A stretch of DNA of 26,436 nucleotides from Elusimicrobiota bacterium (GCA_016207585.1 JACQPI010000098.1:1-26436); one strand, 5' to 3'; positions 1-8,983 are shown, numbered from the stretch's first letter. Numbers and translations: made by a program. Notes: generated by a model not told the origin, from the sequence alone.

Positions 1-3000
1 TAACGCTCCCGGCATTCGACACGTCCGAGGGCAGGGATATCGGCGTCTGAATGGTGACCGTCACCGTGCCGCTGAACGTGTTCGGCGGAATGTCCAACTT
101 CACCTCGCCCGGAGGAGGGTTAAATGTCACCGTATTGCTCGTTCCGGGATCCACCGATCCCGAGGACGACGCCGCGGCAGAAGTCGCCGTCGAGAGCTGG
201 ATCGCCGATGAGGCCAGCGTCCCGCCGCCGTTGATCGCGTGCACCCAGAGGTAATACGTGGTAGATGCCGAAAGTCCGGTCAAAGTCGCGCTGGTTAGGG
301 AAACCGTCACGCTGGTCGTGGAGCCTCCCGCGATCCACCGGTCCACGCGGTAAGTGGTCGTTCCGGCGGGATTGGTATTGGCCGACCACTCTACGACGAC
401 AGCGGCGGTAGCCGCTTGGACCACGGTAAAAGCCGTGGGAGGAGCCGCTCGAGTGTAAACCGTAACGGCCGTCGAGGTGGATGTATCGACCCCGTTCCTA
501 ACGGATATCTTTCGGCTGTAAGCCGTGTTCGTCGAGAGACCTACCTCCGTGGCGGAGGTGGTGTCGGATGGCAAATCCGAGATTGCGGCGGAATCATGAG
601 CCTCCAAATCGGTCGCAGTAGCGTACACCACATCGTACCCCGTCTCGCCGGTATTGTTGTCCGACCAGCTCCAGGTGATGGAGGAGACTCCCAATGCCGA
701 ACCGGAAAAGCCGGTGGGTTGGTTCAGTGGAGCGCTCAACGTGGCGCTGGCCAACTCGTTCGAGTAATCGGTGCAGTCGGTGAAAGCGGCATCGCAGGCC
801 TTCAACCGAACATAGTAGGTGGTAAAAGAGCTCAGTCCTGTCAGGGTCGCGTTATAGACCGTGCCGCTCGACGCGTTGCTCGTGGAGTCGATCGTGGATA
901 CCGCGACGGTTGGATCCGTAAACGTCGCCGCATAGATGACAAATTTGTCCTCTACATCGGTCCGATCCACCCACGTCACGACCATCGAGAAAATGCTCGG
1001 CGTCAGATTCGACAAGAGGGGAGAGTCATCTCCCCCGCCACCCCCGCCTCCGCCGCCTGACGTCAGAGTAATTCCGGTCGCCTCGAAAAGCCCTGTCGTC
1101 GCGCCGACGCCGGCCGATCCATTGTAAAGCGCCTGCGCCTCCCCGTACACCCCGAAAGCATCGCTCCAATTGCATGTCGTCGCCGTACACGAATAAGAAT
1201 CGGGAACTATCCCATAGACGTTCGTCCCAGTGCCGCCGCTCGCCAGGAGGAGAACCCCCTCGCCGCCCGAGTAGCTAACCGCGTAACCCGTGGATTTATT
1301 TTTAGGAGTGATGTCGGTCCAAGTCTGTCCGCTGGTCGTGCTCTGCCAGACGTGCAGGCTGTCGGTCATCACGGATGTCGGCTTGATCGTGTAGGCCCAT
1401 AGCCTGGATGGAGTCGTCGTATCGATGACGATTCCTTTGACCGGCTCCGTATCGATGCTGAGCCCGGTCGTTATCTGAGTCCAACTCTGCCCTAGGTTGA
1501 TCGACTTATGGATGCCGTTGGCGCTCGCGCCCCGGTGCATTCCATCCTCATCTCCCGAGCCGGCGTAGACGGTGCTGTGGTTGCTCGGGTCGAATACAAG
1601 AGACCGCACTCCGCCCTTGGCGGAAAGGACCGCGCTCCAGTTCGCGCCTCCATCGATGCTCTTGTAGAGATAATTCGAGGTGGCCGAGTTGTTTTGCGGA
1701 GACAGTCCGGCATAAATGGTGCTCCCATCCACCAATAGCGCATAGATCGGCGCGGAGACAGGAGGATAGCTCACGTCGCTCCAGCCCGTATGATTGAATG
1801 GCGCCGCATCCTCGGAGGCGGTCGTCGCATCGTTGAGCTTGAGCAGCGCATGGCGGTCGTTGCTGTTGGAAATCGCCACGTACACCTTCTTGGGATCGGC
1901 GTCATCAAACGCCATCGCAACGACAGGCATGCTCGTATCTGTCGAGCGGTAAAGTTTGGTCCAGCTGGTCAAAGACGCCTGCGAAAAATACACGAATCCC
2001 GCGCTCCCGTATGCCGCGTAGCGGTATCCTGTCGACAAGCTCTTGATCGCAAAATTGATATCGGGACCCGTGATTCCTGAGTTGGAGATCGCCCAATTCG
2101 TGCCGCCGTCAGTCGTTTTGAACATCCCATCGCCGCCGGAATCGCCCATCAATATCGTGTTGGCGTCCGTGGGATCCACCGCGAAAGCGTTATGAGGCTG
2201 CAGTCTTAGTTTTCCGGTATTGAGCCCATCCGCCAGATTGCTCGGCGACGCAGCCCATGCATAATCCGGTCCGGCGCCGCTCTGGTACAAGGAGTCTGCG
2301 GTGATAAGATAGAAGCGATCCAAGGAGACGTGATAACCGATCGGACTGCGGGCAAACGAAGAATTGGAGTATCCTCTGATGTTGGGCGACCAGTTCGTTC
2401 CATCGGCGCTGGAGGATATATAAACGATGTTTTGGTCGGCGGTGACCGCCATTACGGTATTACCACCGTTGGACACCAGACTAAGGACCGCCTTGGAGGA
2501 GCCGGCCACCTGAGTCCAGCTGCTGCCGCCGTTGTCGCTGTAAAAGATGCCGCCGCTGTCCGTGACGGACCCGGTATTGGTCCCTCCAGTCCCGCGCGTG
2601 CCCACCAAAAGCCTCCCATTTGGCAATTCTAGGACCGCACCGACGTTCATCAGAGCCGTCGAAAAAGACAATTGCGTCCACGTCACGCCATTGTCGACAC
2701 TTTTATAGAGACGTCCCACCATCCCGGAAGGGTTGGAATTGCTGCCGTCCAAAACGCCGGCGTAATAAGTCGCATTCCCCAAGACCGATTCCGCCATCGT
2801 TTTGCAAGTCAGATTATTCCCGCCGCCGGGACTCGCGCTCATCACGCTGCTGAAGCTGGTTCCGCCGTCCACGCTCCTCCAAATGGCGGCATCGGAAGGC
2901 ACCCCTTCGCACGCGAAAACCAGATTCGCGGTCCTGGAAGAGACCAGGAGCCCATCCGTGAAATGAAGAGCAACCGAAGGAAGGATCAGTTGCGTCCAAG

Positions 3001-3220
3001 CAGCGCCCTTATTCGTGCTTTTATACAACCCGGTGCCCTTCACTCCGGCATATACGTTGTTGGCGTTATTGGGATCGAAGGAAACCTGGGTGACCTGGCC
3101 GCCCGCGACCGTAGCGGTGGCGATGACGGTGGCGCCGACAGAAGAAGAACCGAGGGAAAGCGCGGCCAGTATCAAGCCCAGCGGCGCCAGACGCGAAGAT
3201 CGGTAAAATTCAAAAGGCAT
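1..3220 (-). CDS. Large secreted protein, 3'-truncated by window edge: signal peptide, Asp-box/BNR (Vps10/sortilin-like) beta-propeller region, Gly9 linker, three FN3-like domains
   Basis: Hand translation from ATG at 3220 (MPFEFYRSSRLAPLGLILAALSLGSSSVGA|TVIAT...) stays open to base 2 (1073 codons). Nine Asp-box-like motifs: YKSTNKGAAW, WRSVDGGTSF, YKSVDNGVTW, FYSDNGGSSW, SSADGTNW, FKTTDGGTNW, YKSIDGGANW, HKSINLGQSW, WQSTTSGQTW. Gly9 at 1031-1057. FN3-type W...L.GL...T.Y patterns (LTGLSSFTTYYVRL, VGLSTNTAYSRK, LTGLSASTTYYLWV). Confidence 0.9.
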   Translation of the reverse strand, partial: MPFEFYRSSRLAPLGLILAALSLGSSSVGATVIATATVAGGQVTQVSFDPNNANNVYAGVKGTGLYKSTNKGAAWTQLILPSVALHFTDGLLVSSRTANLVFACEGVPSDAAIWRSVDGGTSFSSVMSASPGGGNNLTCKTMAESVLGNATYYAGVLDGSNSNPSGMVGRLYKSVDNGVTWTQLSFSTALMNVGAVLELPNGRLLVGTRGTGGTNTGSVTDSGGIFYSDNGGSSWTQVAGSSKAVLSLVSNGGNTVMAVTADQNIVYISSSADGTNWSPNIRGYSNSSFARSPIGYHVSLDRFYLITADSLYQSGAGPDYAWAASPSNLADGLNTGKLRLQPHNAFAVDPTDANTILMGDSGGDGMFKTTDGGTNWAISNSGITGPDINFAIKSLSTGYRYAAYGSAGFVYFSQASLTSWTKLYRSTDTSMPVVAMAFDDADPKKVYVAISNSNDRHALLKLNDATTASEDAAPFNHTGWSDVSYPPVSAPIYALLVDGSTIYAGLSPQNNSATSNYLYKSIDGGANWSAVLSAKGGVRSLVFDPSNHSTVYAGSGDEDGMHRGASANGIHKSINLGQSWTQITTGLSIDTEPVKGIVIDTTTPSRLWAYTIKPTSVMTDSLHVWQSTTSGQTWTDITPKNKSTGYAVSYSGGEGVLLLASGGTGTNVYGIVPDSYSCTATTCNWSDAFGVYGEAQALYNGSAGVGATTGLFEATGITLTSGGGGGGGGGDDSPLLSNLTPSIFSMVVTWVDRTDVEDKFVIYAATFTDPTVAVSTIDSTSNASSGTVYNATLTGLSSFTTYYVRLKACDAAFTDCTDYSNELASATLSAPLNQPTGFSGSALGVSSITWSWSDNNTGETGYDVVYATATDLEAHDSAAISDLPSDTTSATEVGLSTNTAYSRKISVRNGVDTSTSTAVTVYTRAAPPTAFTVVQAATAAVVVEWSANTNPAGTTTYRVDRWIAGGSTTSVTVSLTSATLTGLSASTTYYLWVHAINGGGTLASSAIQLSTATSAAASSSGSVDPGTSNTVTFNPPPGEVKLDIPPNTFSGTVTVTIQTPISLPSDVSNAGSV

Positions 3221-3252
3221 GTCTCAACCTATAAGCTTAGAAGCGCCGGCAG

Positions 3253-3281
3253 AGTATAAAGAACGCCTGCGCTCCTGTCAA
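3253..3281 (-). promoter_or_regulatory. Sigma70-type promoter of the large secreted protein gene
   Basis: Minus strand TTGACA (3281-3276), 17-nt spacer, TATACT (3258-3253); ATG lies 32 nt downstream of the -10 box. Confidence 0.8.
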
Positions 3282-3307
3282 GACCCGCGTGACACTGTCG
3301 CGTGACA
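3276..3307. repeat. Short direct/inverted repeat cluster, candidate regulator binding site
   Basis: CGCGTGACA at 3286-3294 and 3299-3307 (13-bp period); TGTCA-N9-TGACA inverted repeat at 3276-3294 overlapping the -35 box. Confidence 0.45.
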
Positions 3308-3323
3308 ACACGCCCGAGCCTCA

Positions 3324-3352
3324 TTGCGCCCGCCGTCGGGATTTTCCATAAT
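3324..3352 (+). promoter_or_regulatory. Sigma70-type promoter, probably giving a leaderless transcript
   Basis: TTGCGC (3324-3329), 17-nt spacer, CATAAT (3347-3352), then 6 nt and the ATG at 3359. Confidence 0.6.
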
Positions 3353-3358
3353 GAAGCC

Positions 3359-4081
3359 ATGAAATATTTGCGCCGCACGCTTGCCGTTTTGCTGTTCCTG
3401 CCCCCCGCGGCCGCCGCGACTCCCTTTGGGGACTTCCAATCCAAGGTGAACTCCGCCAACCTCAAGCCCTTCGCGCTCGACCTCGGCGGCATCCTGGGAG
3501 GAGCGGCGTTTCATTCCGGACGCGCGCTCGGGTTTCCGGGGTTCGACATAGGTCTCGTCGGAACCGTGCAGTTCCGGCCCGACCGCGACGACACGATCTT
3601 GCGGGACGCCGGCGTGCAGCGCTTCGGCATCCCGCTGGTCCAAGCCGAGATCGGCCTTCCCTACAATTTCGACGTCATCGCCCACGGCATGACGGGACAG
3701 GGCGCGCGTATATTCGGCGCGGGCCTGCGATACGGAGTACGCAAAAGCGCCATCCTTTCCGTAATGCCCGATATCGCCGTGTCGGCTTTCGCGGATAGGG
3801 TGAATCACACTTTCTTCAATGCGACCCATTATTCGCTTAACGCGGTTTTGTCCTTCAACCTGCCTATCCTCCATCCTTATATAGGGCTCGGCTGGGACCA
3901 CACGAAGGTCAACGTCGGCTCGGCATCGACGCCCGGCATGACGGGCCTGTCGGCCACGGCGCGCGGCAGCCGGGCGAGCCTAGGGGTCGATTTTTCCGTC
4001 CCCTTCTTCCACGCCTACGGCGCCTACACCTTCTTGCACGGCCTGCCGGGAATGGATATCGGGCTCGGGACCCGGTTTTGA
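3359..4081 (+). CDS. Exported protein, predicted outer-membrane beta-barrel (DUF6588-like)
   Basis: Signal peptide MKYLRRTLAVLLFLPPAAAA; alternating amphipathic strands (ARIFGAGLRYG, HYSLNAVLSF, PYIGLGWD); terminal ...DIGLGTRF ending in Phe. Family name recalled from resemblance, not searched. Confidence 0.65.
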   Translation: MKYLRRTLAVLLFLPPAAAATPFGDFQSKVNSANLKPFALDLGGILGGAAFHSGRALGFPGFDIGLVGTVQFRPDRDDTILRDAGVQRFGIPLVQAEIGLPYNFDVIAHGMTGQGARIFGAGLRYGVRKSAILSVMPDIAVSAFADRVNHTFFNATHYSLNAVLSFNLPILHPYIGLGWDHTKVNVGSASTPGMTGLSATARGSRASLGVDFSVPFFHAYGAYTFLHGLPGMDIGLGTRF

Positions 4082-4112
4082 AACGGCCGCCGACCCGGCC
4101 GAAGCCGCCGCG

Positions 4113-4700
4113 ATGACCAAAATCTACACCAAGACGGGAGACCGTGGCGAGACGGGTCTATGGGGCGGCCGCCGGGTCGCCAAGAACCATCCGCGGGTGC
4201 GCGCCTATGGCGAGATCGACGAACTCAACAGCGCCTTGGGCGCCGCCCTGGCAAGCATTCCGGCAACGCGAAACTTCGCCCTCCTGCGCGCGGCGCTGAC
4301 TCGGATACAAAAAGAACTGTTCCAGGTCGGCGCCCTCCTCGCGACTCCGCCTGACGAGACCCACCGGCTCCCGGAGGCGTTCCGGGAAGGCCCGACGCAG
4401 ACCGCCGTCCGTCGCTTGGAATCGGAGATCGACGCGCTCACCGCGGATATAAAACCGATGAGGCATTTCATTCTGCCGGGCGGCTCGCTGCCCGGGGCTC
4501 TCCTGCACGTATCCCGGACAGTCTGCCGCAGGGCCGAACGGGAAATCGCGTCCCTGCATGAGAGAGAGGCGGTGCCCGATTCCCTCCTCGTCTACGTCAA
4601 CCGCCTGTCCGACCACCTCTTCACCGCCGCCCGATGGACGAACGCGCGGCTTCGCAGAGCGGAAACCCCCTGGAGCGGCCTCGCGTCCGACAACTCATGA
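4113..4700 (+). CDS. pduO: ATP:cob(I)alamin adenosyltransferase, PduO/MMAB type
   Basis: KIYTKTGDRGETGL, AYGEIDELNS, FILPGG, RTVCRRAER and NRLSDHLF motifs. Confidence 0.95.
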   Translation: MTKIYTKTGDRGETGLWGGRRVAKNHPRVRAYGEIDELNSALGAALASIPATRNFALLRAALTRIQKELFQVGALLATPPDETHRLPEAFREGPTQTAVRRLESEIDALTADIKPMRHFILPGGSLPGALLHVSRTVCRRAEREIASLHEREAVPDSLLVYVNRLSDHLFTAARWTNARLRRAETPWSGLASDNS

Positions 4701-5662
4701 GGGATCTCAACGGCGAGGCGATTCAAACCCGTCAACTCCGACATGACTATCCGCCCAGCGCGGCGGGAAAGGAGCCCCGGGCCGCCCTGCGCGGCGTCGA
4801 TCTCGACGTGCGGCGCACGGAGCTCTTCGGGCTTCTGGGCCCCAACGGCGGCGGCAAGACGACCCTCTGCCGGATCCTGACGACGGCGCTGAAGCCTTCG
4901 AGCGGGACCGCGACCGTGGCCGGCTGCGGCATCGCCGAAAACCCGGCGGGGGTACGCCGCAAAATCGGGGTCGTCTTCCAGCACCCCTGCCTGGACCGCA
5001 AACTCACGGTATGGGAGAACTTGCTGCACCAGGGACATCTCTACGGCCTGCGCGGCGCCGCCTTGGCGGAACGCATCCGCGAAATGTTGGGACGCGTCGG
5101 GCTCTCGGATCGCGCCAATGAGCTTATCGAAAACCTTTCCGGCGGTCTCAAGCGCCGGGCCGAGATCGCCAAGAGCCTCCTCCACCGGCCCGAGGTCTTG
5201 ATCCTGGACGAGCCGACCTCCGGCCTCGATCCGGGCGCGCGCCAGGACCTGTGGAATTATCTGCGGGAGCTCCAAAAGGCCGACTCGGTCACCATACTGG
5301 TGGCCACGCACCTCATGGAGGAGGCGGAGAAATGCGACCGCCTGGCGATATTCGACAAGGGGGAGGTCGTCGCGCTGGGTTCCCCCGCGTCGCTCAAATC
5401 CGAGATCGGCGGGGACGTGGTCTCGATCGAAGCGCAAGGACCGGAAGGGATCCGGGAGGAAATCCGCCTGAAGTTCGGGGTGGAGGCCATGCTCATCGGG
5501 AACCTCCTGCATATCGAATGGCCGCAAGGGCACACCTTCGTTCCGGCGCTCATCGAGGCCTTCCCCGGCCGGATCACCTCCGTCACGATCTCGAAGCCCT
5601 CCCTGGAGGACGTCTTCATCCACCGCACCCGACACCGATTCTGGCAGGAAGGCGTCGAATGA
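4697..5662 (+). CDS. ABC transporter ATP-binding protein (ABC-2, DrrA/NodI-like)
   Basis: Walker A GPNGGGKT, signature LSGG, Walker B LILDEP, H-loop ATH; ATG at 4697 overlaps the pduO stop (ATGA). Confidence 0.93.
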   Translation: MRDLNGEAIQTRQLRHDYPPSAAGKEPRAALRGVDLDVRRTELFGLLGPNGGGKTTLCRILTTALKPSSGTATVAGCGIAENPAGVRRKIGVVFQHPCLDRKLTVWENLLHQGHLYGLRGAALAERIREMLGRVGLSDRANELIENLSGGLKRRAEIAKSLLHRPEVLILDEPTSGLDPGARQDLWNYLRELQKADSVTILVATHLMEEAEKCDRLAIFDKGEVVALGSPASLKSEIGGDVVSIEAQGPEGIREEIRLKFGVEAMLIGNLLHIEWPQGHTFVPALIEAFPGRITSVTISKPSLEDVFIHRTRHRFWQEGVE

Positions 5663-6429
5663 ATTCCTCGCTCTTGGCGATACGCACGCTCTGGATCCGC
5701 GAAGTCGTGAGATTCTATCGAGACCGCTCGCGCGTCATCGGGGCGATCGTTCCGCCGGTCGTCTTTTGGTTCCTGATCGGCTCCGCGCTGGGAGGCGGCT
5801 CCGGGACGGCCGGCGGCAGCAACACCTATCTGCAATCCCTCTTTCCAGGCACCATCCTCCTCATCGTGCTCTTCACCGCGGTGTTTTCCACCATTTCGAT
5901 CATTGAGGACCGCCGCGAAGGATTCCTTCAAGGCGTGCTCGTGGCGCCCGTCCCCCGCTCCACGATCGTCCTGGGAAAAATTGCCGGGGGCGCCACCCTG
6001 GCATTCTTGCAGGCGCTCACGTTCCTGATCATCGCTCCGTTCGTGGGCGTTCCGCTCGCGCCCGAAAGGATGCCGTTCGTGCTGGCGGAGCTATGGCTGA
6101 GCGCCTGCGCCCTGACCGGCTTCGGATTTTGGATCGCCTGGCGCATGGATTCCACCCAAGGATTTCATGCGATCATGAACCTGCTTCTCATCCCCATGTG
6201 GATGCTCTCCGGCTCGGTCTTCCCGATTTCGGGCGCGCCGACGTGGCTGCGGTGGATCATGACGGTCAACCCGGTCACCTATTGCGCGGCGGCCCTCCAG
6301 CACGGATTGGCCGTCGGGACCTCCTCCGGCCTGCCCTCCCCCGCGCTTTCATTCATCGTCACCGGCTTATTTTGCATCGCCATGGTCGCGGCCAGCACTT
6401 GGGAGGTCGGGCGCGAAGGCCGCCGTTGA
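5659..6429 (+). CDS. ABC-2 type transporter permease
   Basis: About six hydrophobic segments; IIEDRREGFLQGVLVAPV, LSGSVFP and NPVTY motifs; ATGA overlap with the ATPase stop. Confidence 0.92.
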   Translation: MNSSLLAIRTLWIREVVRFYRDRSRVIGAIVPPVVFWFLIGSALGGGSGTAGGSNTYLQSLFPGTILLIVLFTAVFSTISIIEDRREGFLQGVLVAPVPRSTIVLGKIAGGATLAFLQALTFLIIAPFVGVPLAPERMPFVLAELWLSACALTGFGFWIAWRMDSTQGFHAIMNLLLIPMWMLSGSVFPISGAPTWLRWIMTVNPVTYCAAALQHGLAVGTSSGLPSPALSFIVTGLFCIAMVAASTWEVGREGRR

Positions 6430-6452
6430 GAAAGCCGGCGCCCTCACCGCCC

Positions 6453-6482
6453 TGGACGCCCCGTCCTCAATCCTGTTATACT
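6453..6482 (+). promoter_or_regulatory. Extended -10 sigma70 promoter
   Basis: TGn-TATACT (TG 6474-6475, -10 at 6477-6482); weak -35 TGGACG at 6453-6458; GGAGG SD at 6506-6510 before ATG 6515. Confidence 0.55.
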
Positions 6483-6514
6483 GGAGCTTGCCGGAATTAA
6501 AATTTGGAGGACGC

Positions 6515-7309
6515 ATGTTCCTAGAGCCGATCCAGAGCGTCGTTGATTTCTCCTTCTACCGAAAGGTCCCGGAACGTTCCGCCGCCCGGACGGTCGGCTA
6601 TGTATTCTATCTGGGCTTCGTCTTTTCGGGATTGGCCACCATCGCGCTCGCCAGGCAGTTCGGCCCGCTGCTCAGGGAATCGATCGACTGGGCGGCGAAC
6701 AGCATTCCCCCGATCGTTTTCGCCGACGGCAAGGCCTCCAGCGCCCTCGCCGGCCCGACGATCATCCGCCACCCGCGCATCGGCGACGTAGCCCTCCTAA
6801 TCGACACCAATCGCACGACGGCGGTCGCGGCTCAGGAGTTGAACGAGCAGAAGGTGAGCGTCTACCTCACCCAGAATACGCTCTATCTCATGACCTCTCC
6901 CGAAAAGATGGAGCACTACGACCTGGCCAAAAGCAACGCGACGAGGGGGTTCACCATCGACGCGAATTTTTACAGGAAGCTGGGGCATACGATCCTGCGG
7001 CTATTCTACCCTATCGCCTGGCTCTTCGCGTGGATGTCCTTCGTAGTGTGGAAACTGTCCGCGAGCCTTTTCTACTCCCTATTCGCCCTGGCGATCGATG
7101 TCAAGACCGCGTCGGGACTGCCTTACAAATCGCTCTGGCGGATCGCGGTGTACGCGCAAACGCCGGTCGTTTGGCTGCAGACGGTCGTCCTCTTCTTGCC
7201 CCGCCACATTCCTGGATTTTTCCTGATCGCGTGGGGAGTCGCCGCGCTCTATCTCTGGCAGGCGCTCAAGCAGCATCAGCCTGCGGCTCAAGCAGCGGAA
7301 CCGTCCTAG
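6515..7309 (+). CDS. Membrane protein with extracytoplasmic domain (DUF1189-like)
   Basis: Strong SD before ATG 6515; N-terminal TM, soluble middle domain, three C-terminal TMs; YKSLWRIAVYAQTP resembles the DUF1189 C-terminal motif. Confidence 0.7.
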   Translation: MFLEPIQSVVDFSFYRKVPERSAARTVGYVFYLGFVFSGLATIALARQFGPLLRESIDWAANSIPPIVFADGKASSALAGPTIIRHPRIGDVALLIDTNRTTAVAAQELNEQKVSVYLTQNTLYLMTSPEKMEHYDLAKSNATRGFTIDANFYRKLGHTILRLFYPIAWLFAWMSFVVWKLSASLFYSLFALAIDVKTASGLPYKSLWRIAVYAQTPVVWLQTVVLFLPRHIPGFFLIAWGVAALYLWQALKQHQPAAQAAEPS

Positions 7310-7340
7310 CCGCGGCGGTCGGCGCGCTCGCGTCGGGGCT

Positions 7341-8756
7341 TCACGCCACCATCATATCCGCGACGCGGAAGGTGGGCGTCGCGATGCGGCCGTAAAAGGT
7401 GAGATCGTCGGCGACCGCGTCGACGCGGTCGAGGAGCTCCAGGATATTCCCGGCCAGCATCGCGCCGCGGACCCCGTGCGTCAGCCGCCCCCCTTCTACC
7501 GCTATGCCGGAAACCCCGACGGAAAACTCTCCGGAGATCGGATCGGCCGTGTGCATCCCCATGACCTCCAGCACCAACAACCCGTCTTTCGTGTCGGCGA
7601 TTATTTTTTCCCGGGTCGAACGTCCGGGCTCCATGAAAAAATTCGAAGGGGAGGGCGAAGGCGTTCCTCGATACGAGGGTCGGCCGGCGGACCCGTTGGA
7701 ACTCCGGGCGTCCTTGCCGGCGGTGTAGGTATCGTAAAAGAATTCCTTCAAAATGCCGGCCTCCACCATCACCTTGCGGCGGGTCGGGAGCCCCTCATCG
7801 TCGAACGCGGTTGATCCGGTCGCCCGCGGCCGATGGGGGTCGTCCACCAGGTGGACCAAAGGATTGGCCACCCGCAACCCCATTTTCCCGCGAAAGAGGG
7901 ACTTGCCCCTCTGGACCTGCTCGGAAGAGAGCGCCCCCGCCACCAAGTCCAAAAATTCCCCGGCGGCCCATGGGTCGAAGAGGATATGCCGGCGCGCGGT
8001 CGGCATCTTCTTGGCGTCGAGAAGGGCCCCGGCGCGAAACGCCGCGTCCCGGGCTGCGCGCTCGAAATCGAGATCGGAATAGAAACAGGAGGAATACGAG
8101 CCCCCGCCCACCTGCACCTGTCCGGGCGACTCGGCGATAGCGGCCAAGCCGACGCTGCAGTGCGTGGCGCTCTCGCAGGTGCTCAGCCCCCGAGTATTGA
8201 AGATCGCCACCTCGTGCCGGCTCTCGCCGTATCCCGAATGCAGGATGCGGCGAACCTTGGAGTCGCCGCCGAGGGCCGCCTTTTCCATGGCCAGAAGTCT
8301 CGGAAGCTGCGCCTCCAAGGGATCATTGAACAGGGAGGCGTCATTGAGCGTTTCCGGCAAACCCGGGACCGCTTGGCCCGGTTCCGGCCGCGACGGGAGG
8401 GCGCGGTACGGATCCGGAGCGGAAAAGGGAATCTGATCGAGAGCTTGCCTCAAGAGCCTGCGCAAGTCCTCCAAATCGAGTCCGGCCGCGGAGGCGAATC
8501 CCAGGCGCCCGCCATGGATCACCCGCAACCCCATGCCCGCGTCCCACGATTCCTGGATCGTCTCGACCCGGCCTTCCTTCAGGTCGACGCCGCGCTCCGA
8601 CCCGCGGCTCAAATAAATCTCGGCCTCGGCGCCGGAAGGAAGCCCCTGAGCGACCGCGTTCAGCGCCTCGGCGGCCAACTCGGACAAGCGGCGCTGGGCC
8701 TCGACGCCGATCATTGCCGCGCGTTCCCCGCCGCGCGTCGGGAAGTATCCCGTCAT
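7341..8756 (-). CDS. pmbA: TldD/PmbA family protein, PmbA (TldE)-like non-catalytic subunit
   Basis: GMGLRVIHGGRLGFAS, FDDEGLPT, SNGSAGR, PSPSNFFMEPG, SGEFSVG motifs; no HExxxH seen. Start 8756 chosen for its ATGA overlap; 8714 is an alternative. Confidence 0.85.
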   Translation of the reverse strand: MTGYFPTRGGERAAMIGVEAQRRLSELAAEALNAVAQGLPSGAEAEIYLSRGSERGVDLKEGRVETIQESWDAGMGLRVIHGGRLGFASAAGLDLEDLRRLLRQALDQIPFSAPDPYRALPSRPEPGQAVPGLPETLNDASLFNDPLEAQLPRLLAMEKAALGGDSKVRRILHSGYGESRHEVAIFNTRGLSTCESATHCSVGLAAIAESPGQVQVGGGSYSSCFYSDLDFERAARDAAFRAGALLDAKKMPTARRHILFDPWAAGEFLDLVAGALSSEQVQRGKSLFRGKMGLRVANPLVHLVDDPHRPRATGSTAFDDEGLPTRRKVMVEAGILKEFFYDTYTAGKDARSSNGSAGRPSYRGTPSPSPSNFFMEPGRSTREKIIADTKDGLLVLEVMGMHTADPISGEFSVGVSGIAVEGGRLTHGVRGAMLAGNILELLDRVDAVADDLTFYGRIATPTFRVADMMVA

Positions 8757-8980
8757 GGCGCGCGCGGCGTCATAGCCGCGTAGGTCATGTACAGAAAAAG
8801 AAACGCCAGAAGGAGGAAGAACGTCCCCCATTTTCGCCGCTCCAGAGCGATATGCGCGTCGTTCAACAGGTAGTGGCGAAGTATCGCGTTCATCCGCTCG
8901 ATGAGACCGGGCCGGTACAGGTAGCCGAGCCCCAGCAGAAAAAATAAAAGGCCCAGGATAAACTTAATCAACACGCTCAT
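8753..8980 (-). CDS. Small hypothetical membrane protein (75 aa, two TM helices)
   Basis: Two clear hydrophobic helices; 3-nt gap after the pth stop and ATGA overlap with pmbA. Confidence 0.8.
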   Translation of the reverse strand: MSVLIKFILGLLFFLLGLGYLYRPGLIERMNAILRHYLLNDAHIALERRKWGTFFLLLAFLFLYMTYAAMTPRAP

Positions 8981-8983
8981 GGA

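Noticed and set aside
1031-1057. Gly9 tract as a phase-variable repeat
   Set aside because: Encoded by mixed GGC/GGA/GGG/GGT codons with no long homopolymer or perfect tandem unit.
1060-3130. GH74 xyloglucanase call for the propeller region
   Set aside because: Size fits, but the N-terminal catalytic RTDxGG motif is absent (YAGVKGTG at that place).
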